A stretch of DNA of 64,000 nt from Corallochytrium limacisporum Hawaii (lineage: Eukaryota > Protista > Pluriformea), in the NCBI GenBank assembly GCA_002811645.1, contig PDIP01000258.1:1-64000 (forward strand), read 5' to 3'. The notes under the pieces are model-generated. The model saw only the letters and a list, made by a program, of their open reading frames with translations. It was not told the origin of the DNA and did not search any database. This document shows, piece by piece, positions 32,319 to 42,163 of this stretch. A program made the translations under genes and the position numbers. How positions within the stretch are numbered: the first letter of the stretch is position 1; each line of letters starts with the position of its first letter.

Positions 32319-33079
32319 CCATCATTTCGGTCTCTCTCCGGTGGCACTCTATCACTCTTTGGAAAACCAAACACCACTTGACGTTGGATAAGATCCTTTT
32401 CTATCATTGCCACCTCTTACCATTAGACTCTAAAATACGAACGTCCGATAACAAAGCGAGCAAAACTGTGAGTTGCGCGCGAACGTCATCGTTTCCCGTG
32501 CGGACGGGCTGCTCTCCCAGTTGAGCGAGAGTGGAAAAAAAGGTGGCCCCCCCCCCGAGGGGGGGGGGGCGCCAGGGAGCCGCTTCCCTCCCCCCTCGGT
32601 GTGTCCTCTGCGCTTGGCCTCGGGGCCCGAGCAGCCCAGCTTTGGTTACGCAACCGCGCAAGGAAAGGGAGCGAGGCGGGGAAAGAAAGAGGGGGACAGT
32701 GAGCCAAAAATATCCCCCGCTACCACGCGTAGCAAGTATCATATGGTAGGATTAGATAAAGGATGGTGGTCCTGAGGTCGCCATCTCTGCTTCGACTTCG
32801 GCGAGAGATTTGCGTGGCAGTTCCGCAAGATGGGGCGGGCGGGTTGGTTGGCGTTGAGTCGCGTAGGTACGGAACGTTTTGCTGTGGACAATTGGTTTCG
32901 ATAAACATCAACTGACAGTAGTCTGGTATTTGGAGAGTTTCCAATGATTGGTAAGTTATTTTAGATCCACAGTCTTCTCTAAGAGACGGATCTGCTTATG
33001 GATGATGGCAAATACCCATTGTCTGAGCATGATCGAATAGGGAACTGAGAGATCTTGAGTGAGCAACTGGTATCCATGA

Positions 33080-34516
33080 ATGGACTACACGACAATGGTG
33101 GTCGATAGTCGAACAAAGGCTCTCCTGGCCACCGCGATACACTTCCTCGTGCTCGGGTCACATTACATGCTTGCACCCGTGCGGGATGAACAGGGGACAA
33201 TCAGTGGTACGGATGTGCTGCCGTACCTCTTCTACGTGTCAATGTTCACAACGCTGGCCTTCAATCCGCTGCTGGCCGTGCTGCTAAAGAATTTGCCCCT
33301 GCAGCTGCTTGTACCAGGAATATACACGGGGTTGGCATTGATCTTGCTCGGGTTCAGTACCGTCTTTGCCGCTACGGATGTCGACGATCGGAGCGTGTAC
33401 ATGGCCTATGCATTTTACGTCTATTGCGGTTTCTACTCAGTGTGCGTCACGTCTTTGTTCTGGAGTGCAATGGGGGACTTGTTCAGTGAGGAGGAGTCCC
33501 TGACGTACTTCGGCATGGTTGCATTTGGGGGCACTTGTGGACAGGTAGCTGGTAGCTTCCTTACCGCAGAGCTCGTTACCTATAGCGGATTCAGCTCTGC
33601 GATACTGGCTGCTGCCGTGACCGTCATTCTTGCGGGATTTATCACTTTCTATCTAGAGACAGTCAAAGCACGGGAGTTGAAAGAACAGGAGCGCATTGAA
33701 CGACAGAAGATACAGAAAGCAAGGAAGCAGCAACAACGGTCAGAGACTGCTGACGGCAGCAATAAGAGGGATAGCAGCGCGGGTGTACGCCTGGCAAATA
33801 GCCCAAGCAGCGTGAATCTGGCTGCGGACGATATGAAAGACGCGGGCGTCTGGGAAGGCATCTACCTGGTGCTAGACAGTCGGTTTCTGATTGACATTTG
33901 TCTGCATATGTTGCTGGCCTCGTGCATGTCATCATTCATGTACTTTGAGCTGCAAAATCTGTTCACTCATGTGATTGAGTCCAACAAGGAGCGAACAGCG
34001 GTTCGTGCGTGGATGAACACCGTTGGGGGTATTGCAACAGCCTCGTTCCAGATGCTTGGCACTTCAATCCTCCTCCGAACGTTTGGTGTGGGCGTTGGCT
34101 TATCCGTGGTGCCCTATCTTAGCATTCTGCAGTATTCATACATGACCCGAGAGGCGACCGAGTACTTCTCATCGGTAATTCCTACGGGCATGGACCGTGT
34201 GATTATCGCAGCAGGTCTGGAGATCGCTAGGCGCACACTGACCTATGGTCTGCTCAAACCCGCGCGGGAAAGTCTGTTCACCGTTGTCACGCGGAAAGAA
34301 AAGTACATTGCCAAGAATCTGGTTGACACTTTCATCCACCGGGCTGGTGACACTATGGCCGCCGGACTGTTCCAGATTACGCTGGCTTACGAAAGTGCAC
34401 TTTTCCAGCACGGCATTGCCCTGATTGGTGGTATTTCGTGGATCTACACGAGCTACGAGCTCGGAGAGACGTATACTTTGAAGAAGGATCAGGTAGCTAA
34501 GGACAAAAAAGAGTGA
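33080..34516 (+). CDS. NTT/TLC-like (ATP:ADP antiporter-related) MFS transporter
   Basis: HYMLAPVRDE, SLFWSAMGDLF..FGMVAFGGTCGQVAGS, RRTLTYGLLKPARESLFTVVTRKEKYIAKNLVDTFIHRAGD; about 12 hydrophobic segments. Confidence 0.8.
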   Translation: MDYTTMVVDSRTKALLATAIHFLVLGSHYMLAPVRDEQGTISGTDVLPYLFYVSMFTTLAFNPLLAVLLKNLPLQLLVPGIYTGLALILLGFSTVFAATDVDDRSVYMAYAFYVYCGFYSVCVTSLFWSAMGDLFSEEESLTYFGMVAFGGTCGQVAGSFLTAELVTYSGFSSAILAAAVTVILAGFITFYLETVKARELKEQERIERQKIQKARKQQQRSETADGSNKRDSSAGVRLANSPSSVNLAADDMKDAGVWEGIYLVLDSRFLIDICLHMLLASCMSSFMYFELQNLFTHVIESNKERTAVRAWMNTVGGIATASFQMLGTSILLRTFGVGVGLSVVPYLSILQYSYMTREATEYFSSVIPTGMDRVIIAAGLEIARRTLTYGLLKPARESLFTVVTRKEKYIAKNLVDTFIHRAGDTMAAGLFQITLAYESALFQHGIALIGGISWIYTSYELGETYTLKKDQVAKDKKE

Positions 34517-34572
34517 TTCCCACAATATACGGCTTCCCCTTCCAGGAGAGAAGTAGTTTATTAATCAAATTT

Positions 34573-35961
34573 TTACATATTCTGATTGTTTGTCATGCGA
34601 ATGCGGCCGGTGGCATCGTAGTAGAAGATCCGATCGCTGTCTGCAAGCACACCCAGGGCCGCCATTGCGCCCCTGCGCAAAATTTGGCTGTTGAATTCCA
34701 TCTCCATCCAGTTGCGAATCGTTCCGGTTAAAGTGTCAAAGTCCGTAAGATCAACATTCTTTTGGAAGCCTGCAAAGAGCAAGTCAGCTGCACTACGGAA
34801 GGCATTAAAGAGCGTCAAATTGTCCTGCTCGACCGTGGAGGTGGAGGTGTTTGATTCTTTGATCATCTTCAGTTGGCGCTGTTGGGCCAGGCTTGTCAGC
34901 TGCATCTGCTTGGCCTCGATCGCTCGCAGGGTCATCAGTTCTTCCATCATTTCGTTGACTTCCGCCTGCAGCTGTGAACGGCTTTTCTCCAGACTCTCAA
35001 TGTGGGCAATGGTCTTGCCAATGATTGCCGTCTTGGACTGCTTCTGGTTGGGAATGCGCGTGTTGCAGGCAGGGATCAGCGCCTGCAGATCGTCGAAGCC
35101 GCTGCGAATATTATTCCGGCGCTTCTGTTCGGCAACAATGTGCGCCTGTCGCCGTGCTTCGTTCTTGGACAGGGACGTGTCCGTTTTGTCGGTAGTCTTC
35201 TCAGTCTTCGTAGTCATACTTTCTGTGCCCTTACCATCCTCGTCCATGGCTGAGTCAGTGGAATTAGCACTGTCCCTGCGATCAGTTGTCTGTTGCTGAG
35301 TCGCAGATGCTTGGCTGCTCTCGCTCGTCTGTCGGACCATCGAGGGCCGTTCGGGTGCGGGGGCGGTACTGAAAGGTGACGGTGGAACAATGTCCATGTC
35401 CGCCTGCTGGACTAAGCGTCGCAGTAGCTGGGGTGAGATCCCACTTCCGCCTCGGTGGCCCCTTGCCTTCAGGTCCTGGTTGCTGCCGCTTTCATCTTCA
35501 TCCATTGCAGAGTTTGACGACCGGCGCATCCTTCCTAAGTGACCCTGCCAAGCTCGCCAAATTGCGTTATCGATACGACGCAATGCAGCTGCATTGTTGC
35601 TGATGTAGTCCGGTGCCACCTCCCGGTCAACTGGTGTCTTCAGTTTGTCCGATTTCAATTCAGTTGCATACTGTTTCTCCACAAGGTTGTATTCTTTGTC
35701 TACTGGTGATTTCAGAACGTATCCATTTCGGTAAGTTGCCCAGGATCGCCAGTGACTGTACGTCTGGCGATCTGGCATACCCTTGCCTTTAACGAATTCT
35801 CTCCATTTGGCGATGATATTCGCTTCGGTCTGATCTTGTTCTTTCACATATCTCTTCAACAGATCATTCAAGTCATTGGATATTTTCACATCCCCAGAGT
35901 GCCTTTTGTTATCACCCTCAGAGGCACGCCGTTGGCGAGATGGCGCTTCGTCAACATTCAT
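34573..35961 (-). CDS. Mondo/ChREBP (MLXIP)-like bHLH-ZIP transcription factor
   Basis: RRQAHIVAEQKRRNNIRSGFDDLQALIP..SKTAII bHLH-ZIP; RIDNAIWRAW resembles Mondo conserved region RLNNAIWRAW; C-terminal DCD-like region (LFAGF..IRNWME..ILR). Confidence 0.8.
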   Translation of the reverse strand: MNVDEAPSRQRRASEGDNKRHSGDVKISNDLNDLLKRYVKEQDQTEANIIAKWREFVKGKGMPDRQTYSHWRSWATYRNGYVLKSPVDKEYNLVEKQYATELKSDKLKTPVDREVAPDYISNNAAALRRIDNAIWRAWQGHLGRMRRSSNSAMDEDESGSNQDLKARGHRGGSGISPQLLRRLVQQADMDIVPPSPFSTAPAPERPSMVRQTSESSQASATQQQTTDRRDSANSTDSAMDEDGKGTESMTTKTEKTTDKTDTSLSKNEARRQAHIVAEQKRRNNIRSGFDDLQALIPACNTRIPNQKQSKTAIIGKTIAHIESLEKSRSQLQAEVNEMMEELMTLRAIEAKQMQLTSLAQQRQLKMIKESNTSTSTVEQDNLTLFNAFRSAADLLFAGFQKNVDLTDFDTLTGTIRNWMEMEFNSQILRRGAMAALGVLADSDRIFYYDATGRIRMTNNQNM

Positions 35962-36633
35962 GGCTTACCCTTTTAGTTAAAATTCCAATACTCCTACTGG
36001 CCCATTCTTTAAAATTCGCTTTCAACTTACGTGGAACTGAGTCACCCGAATTGACACTTACAAACTGCAAACTGGCATAAATACCCCTCGAACAACGATA
36101 CCAACGATATGCACAAGGACCGCCGAGACGAAAAGAGTGTGAGACAACAATTATTCCTAATGCCCCAAAGCCTGCGCAAGGACCCGCTTGGCCAGATACC
36201 GCAATTGGCTCCAGGGGAAAACTTTCCCAGTCTTCGTCGCAGCCAACAAGCTCATGGGGTCTGTGTGATAAATAGGCCCCTGATTCCGGTACTGAATGGC
36301 CACGTACTTGGACGGTGGAAATTTCTATAGTGAATGTACTAAAGCATTCTGAAATGGCTCTTTTATGAATGAGCGTCTGGAAACGAGGAGGGGTCTATCT
36401 TCGGGGAGCGGGTCTCATCCAAAGAGAGCGGAAAATTAGAGCGCGTCGGACGCGGCATTGGCTTCTGGGATCGTGGAAGCGTAATTACTGTTGTATTTAA
36501 GACATCTCTGTGAGTAACGTACAAACATTCTATTACAACAAAAAATACGATTTCTGGATATAATATGCTAATAGAGGTCAAAGAGACTGAAAATAAGTTT
36601 TGAGGCAAGATCCTTCGGGAACCAAATAGAACC

Positions 36634-36987
36634 ATGTCTACCACTGGGCCCGGTATTGCCAACGTGACTGTCACAGAAACCCAAGCAGAAACTGAAGAAA
36701 AGCGTATTCTGCGACTGAAACTTGAAGAGAAGAAGAAAACAAGAAAAAGTGTGGGCTTTGCGTCCGGTACGGTTGATAACGAGCACCTCGGTCGCAAGAA
36801 ATCCAAGTGCTGTTGCATCTATGAGCGGCCAAAACGTTGGGACGAGTCAGACACTGAAAGTGACTCTGACGACGATTCCGACTGCTGTGGTACCTGCCGC
36901 TTTAAGAAGGGCCATGAGGGCTTAAAAAAGCAGCTGAAAGAGGAACGGGAACAGGCAGCCCACGCCAATGAACACGGAAGTGCTTGA
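36634..36987 (+). CDS. PPP1R11: protein phosphatase 1 inhibitor-3 (Ypi1/PPP1R11)
   Basis: KSVGF (RVxF) followed by TVDNEHLGRKKSKCCCIY..ESD acidic tract. Confidence 0.9.
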   Translation: MSTTGPGIANVTVTETQAETEEKRILRLKLEEKKKTRKSVGFASGTVDNEHLGRKKSKCCCIYERPKRWDESDTESDSDDDSDCCGTCRFKKGHEGLKKQLKEEREQAAHANEHGSA

Positions 36988-37365
36988 ACGGAGATTTTTA
37001 CCTTATTCCCATGAGCATAATCCAATAGTAAGCCATGTCTCAGACTGCTTGTAATCATCAACTAGTTTCTTCTTCTTCATCGTCATCATCGTAATCATCG
37101 TCATCGTTATCATGTTCGCATAAATTATTACATCTATTTAGCATGCTTCCTCTGCGAGATCCAGTTGCTGACGGCTTTGCGTTGTGAGCCCATTCCTTCA
37201 TGTCAGACTTGGAATTTGTTCTGCTACCACTGGTAAACGATAGTACTCAAAGGGGAGGGGGAATTCAGCGGGTGGGAGAGATGAAGGAGGGTTCACCTGC
37301 GAAGCGACGGCGCGAAAACTTTGGCTAGGACACAATTTGTCACCGTGGAGTCGGGTGATCCGCAG

Positions 37366-37478
37366 CTGCGTTAGTATTGGTCAGAGAGGCGTGGCCGGCC
37401 TTGTTGATGAGATCGAAAAGGTTCAAGAAGGGCATATCTTGTCCAAAATTAACAAGTTACCAAGGCGGCGCAACTTAC
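37366..37478 (-). other. candidate spliceosomal intron in an unannotated minus-strand transcript
   Basis: GTAAGT donor at 37478, TACTAAC at 37376-37370, GCAG immediately downstream (alternative TAG further on). Confidence 0.45.
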
Positions 37479-37533
37479 CAGCTGCGTGGCGAGAAGTATC
37501 AGAACTCATGCACTGGGAACCATAGGATAAAAT

Positions 37534-38202
37534 ATGCTGGCTATCGGAATGACTGATAGAGACACACACAGAGATCGGCGTGTCCGCGATCGCGGGGTAG
37601 AAGGACGTCATGCACGTGGAAGAGCCTCTATACAGAAATGGGTGGCGGACCGCGTAGCGGAACGCCGGGCCGGACTCATGGCCTCCAAACGCACAGTACC
37701 TAGTGAAGCGGCAGATTTCACAGACGAGGAGTTTGACAGGATCGTCGCAGAGGAACTACAGCGGCTGAAGGAGTTCTATGGCGATGTGCCCTATACGGTA
37801 GATGATTTGCTTGCAGAGGCCCTTGAACTTGAAGATGAGAGCAACAGAATGGAACTGACACAGGAACCACCGCCAGAAATCACGGACCTAGACGCGTCAT
37901 TCATGGAGGATATAGAGTATATTGAGAGTGCGGAATCGAAGATTATCTGTCCGAACTGCCAACATAACTACTTGAATCTCAGCGAAAAAGGTCGGTTATC
38001 TTGCGTCTGTGGTGTTGATTTGAGTACACCGCTGTCTCTGAGCGAAGTAAAGCAACGGATTGAACAGACAGTCGGTCACCACCACCAGTATTGCCACGCA
38101 GCATTCAAATTTACCTGGAATTCCCAAGGCTTCGTCATCTCTTGCACGGGTGACCATGAAGCACTAGCAATCTCACTGGAGAACAGTAGTCATCCATCAT
38201 AG
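37534..38202 (+). CDS. RPAIN: RPA-interacting protein (RPAIN/RIP)-like
   Basis: N-terminal DRVAERRAGLM, IVAEEL, acidic middle, C-terminal ICPNCQHNYL..LSCVCGV..HHQYC..FVISC zinc domain. Confidence 0.75.
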   Translation: MLAIGMTDRDTHRDRRVRDRGVEGRHARGRASIQKWVADRVAERRAGLMASKRTVPSEAADFTDEEFDRIVAEELQRLKEFYGDVPYTVDDLLAEALELEDESNRMELTQEPPPEITDLDASFMEDIEYIESAESKIICPNCQHNYLNLSEKGRLSCVCGVDLSTPLSLSEVKQRIEQTVGHHHQYCHAAFKFTWNSQGFVISCTGDHEALAISLENSSHPS

Positions 38203-38467
38203 TAACAGACCATCTTGTATGCATAAAGAAACAGTACGATCCATTAGCCGTCCGCCGTTTGAGCATGTCCTTATCTGCCACCCCGCTTGGGGGCAACCCA
38301 CCCAGCACGTAACCCCTTCCCCGCCCCATTGTTTGGTGCTCCCTCTCCCTCGGGTGCCTGACTGGAGTTTTGAGGAAGGCTGTCTTCACCTACTTGGGAT
38401 CTTTTCTTGCACCTGTTTACTGCACAACACTCATCGAACGAGTTTATGTGCTTTTAATTAGAACTAT

Positions 38468-38891
38468 ATGGTAGCAAGCATAGTAACTATGGACACAAAA
38501 CTCCGTTCTGCCGTGGACGAGTTGATGAGCAACACGGAAGTTGCCGGTGTTGTTGTTTCTGACCCCAGTGGACTCTGTATGGTGGCCGAGGGTTGTGGTA
38601 AGCGCGAACATTCAGGACGGTATACGTCTATATACGGAAATGCTTTGTCTTTGCAGGGAACGGAAGGAGGTGATCCCAGTGGCACCCGTGTGGTGATTGA
38701 AGGAGCACAGCGGTAAGTAAACGGTTTGTACTATATTGACGTGGATGCCGTGGCGGACTGACTAACATACTTATATGATTCTCTCGAATTTTTCTCACAG
38801 GACCCATATCATTACGGGAAACGGAGGTATGGAGAATGATGAAGGGGATGACTGGAGCAATACGGCTGCTGTGGTCATCGAGAAGAAGTAG
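38468..38891 (+). CDS. LAMTOR5: Ragulator subunit LAMTOR5 (HBXIP); exons 38468-38712 and 38801-38891
   Basis: LRSAVDELMSNTEVAGVVVSDPSGLCMVAEG..EHSG roadblock pattern. An 88-nt intron GTAAGT..GACTAAC..CACAG restores the frame to ...QRTHIITG..TAAVVIEKK*. Confidence 0.8.
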
Positions 38892-38931
38892 TGCACAAAG
38901 GTTTCAATAGGTTTATTAGTTCAGTCAACAT

Positions 38932-39581
38932 CTACCTAGGTTCTATTAGTTTGGTTAACATATTCATATCATCCTGTAGGGTGTTTAATTCAGTGGTAGT
39001 TGCATGGACCACTTCGGCGGCATAGTCACGACTCTCAGCCAGAAATCGTTCGCTTTGCATTTGCAGGCAGGTGACTAGATTCAGCCATGCGCTGAGCCCT
39101 TTCTCTTGGCTTCTAGATTGGGATAATTAGTGACAGGTCTCAGTCTTCAACAGTGCAAACATGCCCCACAGATATTGAACTTACTCACTATAGTTGGAAA
39201 AGGCGCAGTGGACTTTCACACGGAGATCTGGTCCTTATGTTAGTATGCGATCCGTTGGGAGCAGATCCAGATTCAAGCTTACCTACCATTCATGAGCTCT
39301 TCGATTGAAATGTCTTCAGACTTATGATTCGCGGAAGTAGAAGTTTCATTTGCATGATGGCCAACTGTATCCTCTTCAGTCTGATACTGCCCTTGAGAAG
39401 TCTTGGCCATGACCCTCAAAGCTTCCTCATGGCTTTCAATCTTTCTCGCCAGCAGACTGAGCACCTCGTTGTCGACGTGAATGCCTGAATACCCTTCCAT
39501 GTTTTCGATATCTACCTGACAATCTTCAAAGAGTGCACATTGATGCCACTTAGACGCTAGGCAATGCTTTTGAGACTGCAT
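38932..39581 (-). CDS. three-exon hypothetical helical/coiled-coil protein; exons 39581-39287, 39227-39185, 39112-38932
   Basis: Introns GTAGGT..TACTAAC..CAG (59 nt) and GTAAGT..CACTAAT..TAG (72 nt) join into one open frame ending ...DDMNMLTKLIEPR*. Start codon uncertain. Confidence 0.65.
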
Positions 39582-39859
39582 GGCAGTCTCTACTACCTTT
39601 CCTTTTCCAGAGACCCGCTCACCGAATCGAGAGTCTCACTTCATTCTGTCCCCTCCCTTTCATATTAAAAATGATGATCAAGTCTAACCAGGTCTCTTTG
39701 CAATGACCGGCTGTATTCTATAGCCGGGTATATATTGGAATACTAGGAAAGGACACGGTCAGCGATCATCCACCACCCCAGATATGCTCTGCTTCATTAT
39801 TTTGAAGTCTACCCTTGCCCGTCTGGATCTCAGATGAAGTTCTCCTGACACAACCCAGG

Positions 39860-40426
39860 ATGTCGGGACGGGGAGGTTACTGCCGGCACTGCGGAGCACG
39901 ATTCGAGAAAGAGCTGGAACTTGTTTTTCCAAAGTCATGTAAAACATGTAAGATTACTACCTACAACAACCCATTGCCAGTCTGTGTGTCGGTGCAACCA
40001 GTGGTCCGCAAAGGACAGTCTGACTGGTGGAGTCTGCTTATGGTACGCCGGGGAATCCAACCGGGACTAGGGCAAATTGCATTGCCAGGCGGTTACCTGG
40101 AGGTACCAGAGACATGGCAACAAGGTATGGTGCGTGAATTGAGAGAGGAAGCCATGATTCACCACTCCCCTGATGAAGTCGAATTGTTCGGCAACTTGTC
40201 TGAAGGCCCTCACATCGTCATCTTCGGGCTGCTTCCTCCTGTAACCGAACATGTGGCTCTCGAGAACTTTGTACCCCACAGGGAGGTGGAAGAGCTTGTC
40301 ATTGTCGACCACTATACAGAATCAGTCTTCTCTTTGCATACAGAGACGATCCGAAAATTTTTTGATATTGTGCACGGCCAAACAACATGGCCCAATGGAC
40401 GGGCGTTTCCCCAGTCCAAGGTATAA
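39860..40426 (+). CDS. NUDIX hydrolase with N-terminal zinc ribbon (bacterial-like)
   Basis: YCRHCG..CKTC..YNNPLPV, RRGIQPGLGQIALPGGYLEVPETWQQGMVRELREEA Nudix box. ATG at 39860. Confidence 0.88.
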   Translation: MSGRGGYCRHCGARFEKELELVFPKSCKTCKITTYNNPLPVCVSVQPVVRKGQSDWWSLLMVRRGIQPGLGQIALPGGYLEVPETWQQGMVRELREEAMIHHSPDEVELFGNLSEGPHIVIFGLLPPVTEHVALENFVPHREVEELVIVDHYTESVFSLHTETIRKFFDIVHGQTTWPNGRAFPQSKV

Positions 40427-40517
40427 ATTCACTATGACGCGAGTGCGTTCTATTAAAGTATATACAAAATGACGGACACGGAATATGGAGAGGACTTGTT
40501 TGTCAAGGCCAAATAAT

Positions 40518-41438
40518 CTACCTTTTGGAGAGGACAATGATAAGAATGATGGCACACACAATGGCGAGGACAGCAGCAATGCAACACATTTTGTTGCGGG
40601 CCTTGCGCTGGTAGTCATCAGCTTTGTTCAATTGTATGCGGCCGTCACCGACCTGCTCGCTGGTGCTGACAATGTTAGCCTCGATGTTGTCTAGTGTCGT
40701 ACCCTGTTCGTGCACAATAGTAGCCAGATCGCGGAAGATCTCATTGACCTCAGTGATGGTCTGTTCAATATGTCGGATTCCCTGTTCACGTTCCGCAATG
40801 ATCTGCTCGTTATAGGTTGTGTCATTCTCTAGTTCCTGTCGCTGCTGCTGCTGTTGCTGAAGAATTAGACGCTGTTGCTCTGAGTCCTGTTCTAGTGGCG
40901 AGGTCTCCATGGCCAGACTCTGTTGCCGAACCTGTGCCACTGTCTCTCGCTCCTTGACTGCAATTTCCTTCTCCACAGACTGGAACCGTTGCAATGCTCC
41001 CTCAAAGTCGCGCAGAAGCTTCTGTTGCTGCATTCGGCGGAAACGGGCATCTTCCGGCGACGACTGGAGCTGACTGAGCTCCTGCAACTTCGGGGCAGTC
41101 TCCTTTGCGAGTGCACCAATGCGGGACTGAACCTCATGCATGCGTTCGCGAAACTCGGGAGTATCCCGTGCCGTTCCCAAACCATTTAGCATACGCTGCA
41201 GATCTGTTACAAACCCTCCAATGGTGAAAATATTCTTCTCAATCTGGATGCTCAAAGCCCTGAACTTTTCGTCCTCCTCGGGATAGTCACGGAAGGGCTG
41301 GCGTGCAGGCGGACCGCCGCCGCCACCGTCATTGGGAGGCTGAGGGCCTCCAGGCGGACCTCCAGGTCCCAGTCCTGAAGGTCCTCTGTTCATACCGCCA
41401 GTGGCGCGACGAGTTGCATCAAGATCCCCAAAACTCAT
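40518..41438 (-). CDS. syntaxin-7/12 (Pep12-like) Qa-SNARE
   Basis: LGTARDTPEFRER Habc; IIAEREQGIRHIEQTITEVNEIFRDLATIVHEQG..DNIEANI SNARE motif; C-terminal TM. Confidence 0.92.
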   Translation of the reverse strand: MSFGDLDATRRATGGMNRGPSGLGPGGPPGGPQPPNDGGGGGPPARQPFRDYPEEDEKFRALSIQIEKNIFTIGGFVTDLQRMLNGLGTARDTPEFRERMHEVQSRIGALAKETAPKLQELSQLQSSPEDARFRRMQQQKLLRDFEGALQRFQSVEKEIAVKERETVAQVRQQSLAMETSPLEQDSEQQRLILQQQQQQRQELENDTTYNEQIIAEREQGIRHIEQTITEVNEIFRDLATIVHEQGTTLDNIEANIVSTSEQVGDGRIQLNKADDYQRKARNKMCCIAAVLAIVCAIILIIVLSKR

Positions 41439-42163
41439 GTTTTGTGTATGTATTACTCATGGGTGAGCAGTCTCTGACGCGACAAGTTTTGACTAATGGA
41501 CAGTTGAAATGTGAAAATTCCAAATACCATACTGTCGGAAAAGACAATGACCATAGTCAAAACTTTCCAGTTAACATTGGGAAAAGACTATGTACAGTCT
41601 TGCCGTTACTACGTCAATGCATGAGTTCACAGGTTGCCCCGATTGGCACCCGCTCCAACAATGGGTGAACGAAGAACAATTGTCCGGTAATAAACCTCCA
41701 GTGCCCCAGGACCCGCTCACCAGCGTTTTCTTCCACTGAGCTGGCATTTGCATTGGCAAGACACCAGTATATTCACTACGAGCTGCCCACTGCCCGTGAT
41801 TCCCACACACACTAGATCTGGGGCCCTGACGAAGAAGAAACTATAGTAGAATCGGTCATAATTTGATATACCTTTACTGAATATTTGAAAACAATTCATT
41901 AAGGTAGATGGCCAACCAATTCAGGCGATTGGCGGGGCCCACAAAGTCGACGCGAGGGTAAGCAGCAAACCAGCAGAACGGGACTCACCTCGCCATCTCT
42001 GTCTCGTGCTCGGTTTGGCTAGCTCTGGTGCTTGCCTAGAACCGTACGCCTGGGAGCGCGCATATGAACCAACGTAAATAAAAGTGTGACGCTTCTCTGA
42101 GCATTGGAAGTATGGTGGACATGCATAGCGCATAGATCAAACCTGTACGGACAAAGTGTGAAG

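Noticed and set aside
39579-39644. In-frame ATG-AAG-TGA upstream of the orphan gene (readthrough or selenocysteine?)
   Set aside because: No SECIS or redox context is visible; chance, a uORF or an unrecognised 5' intron is a simpler explanation.
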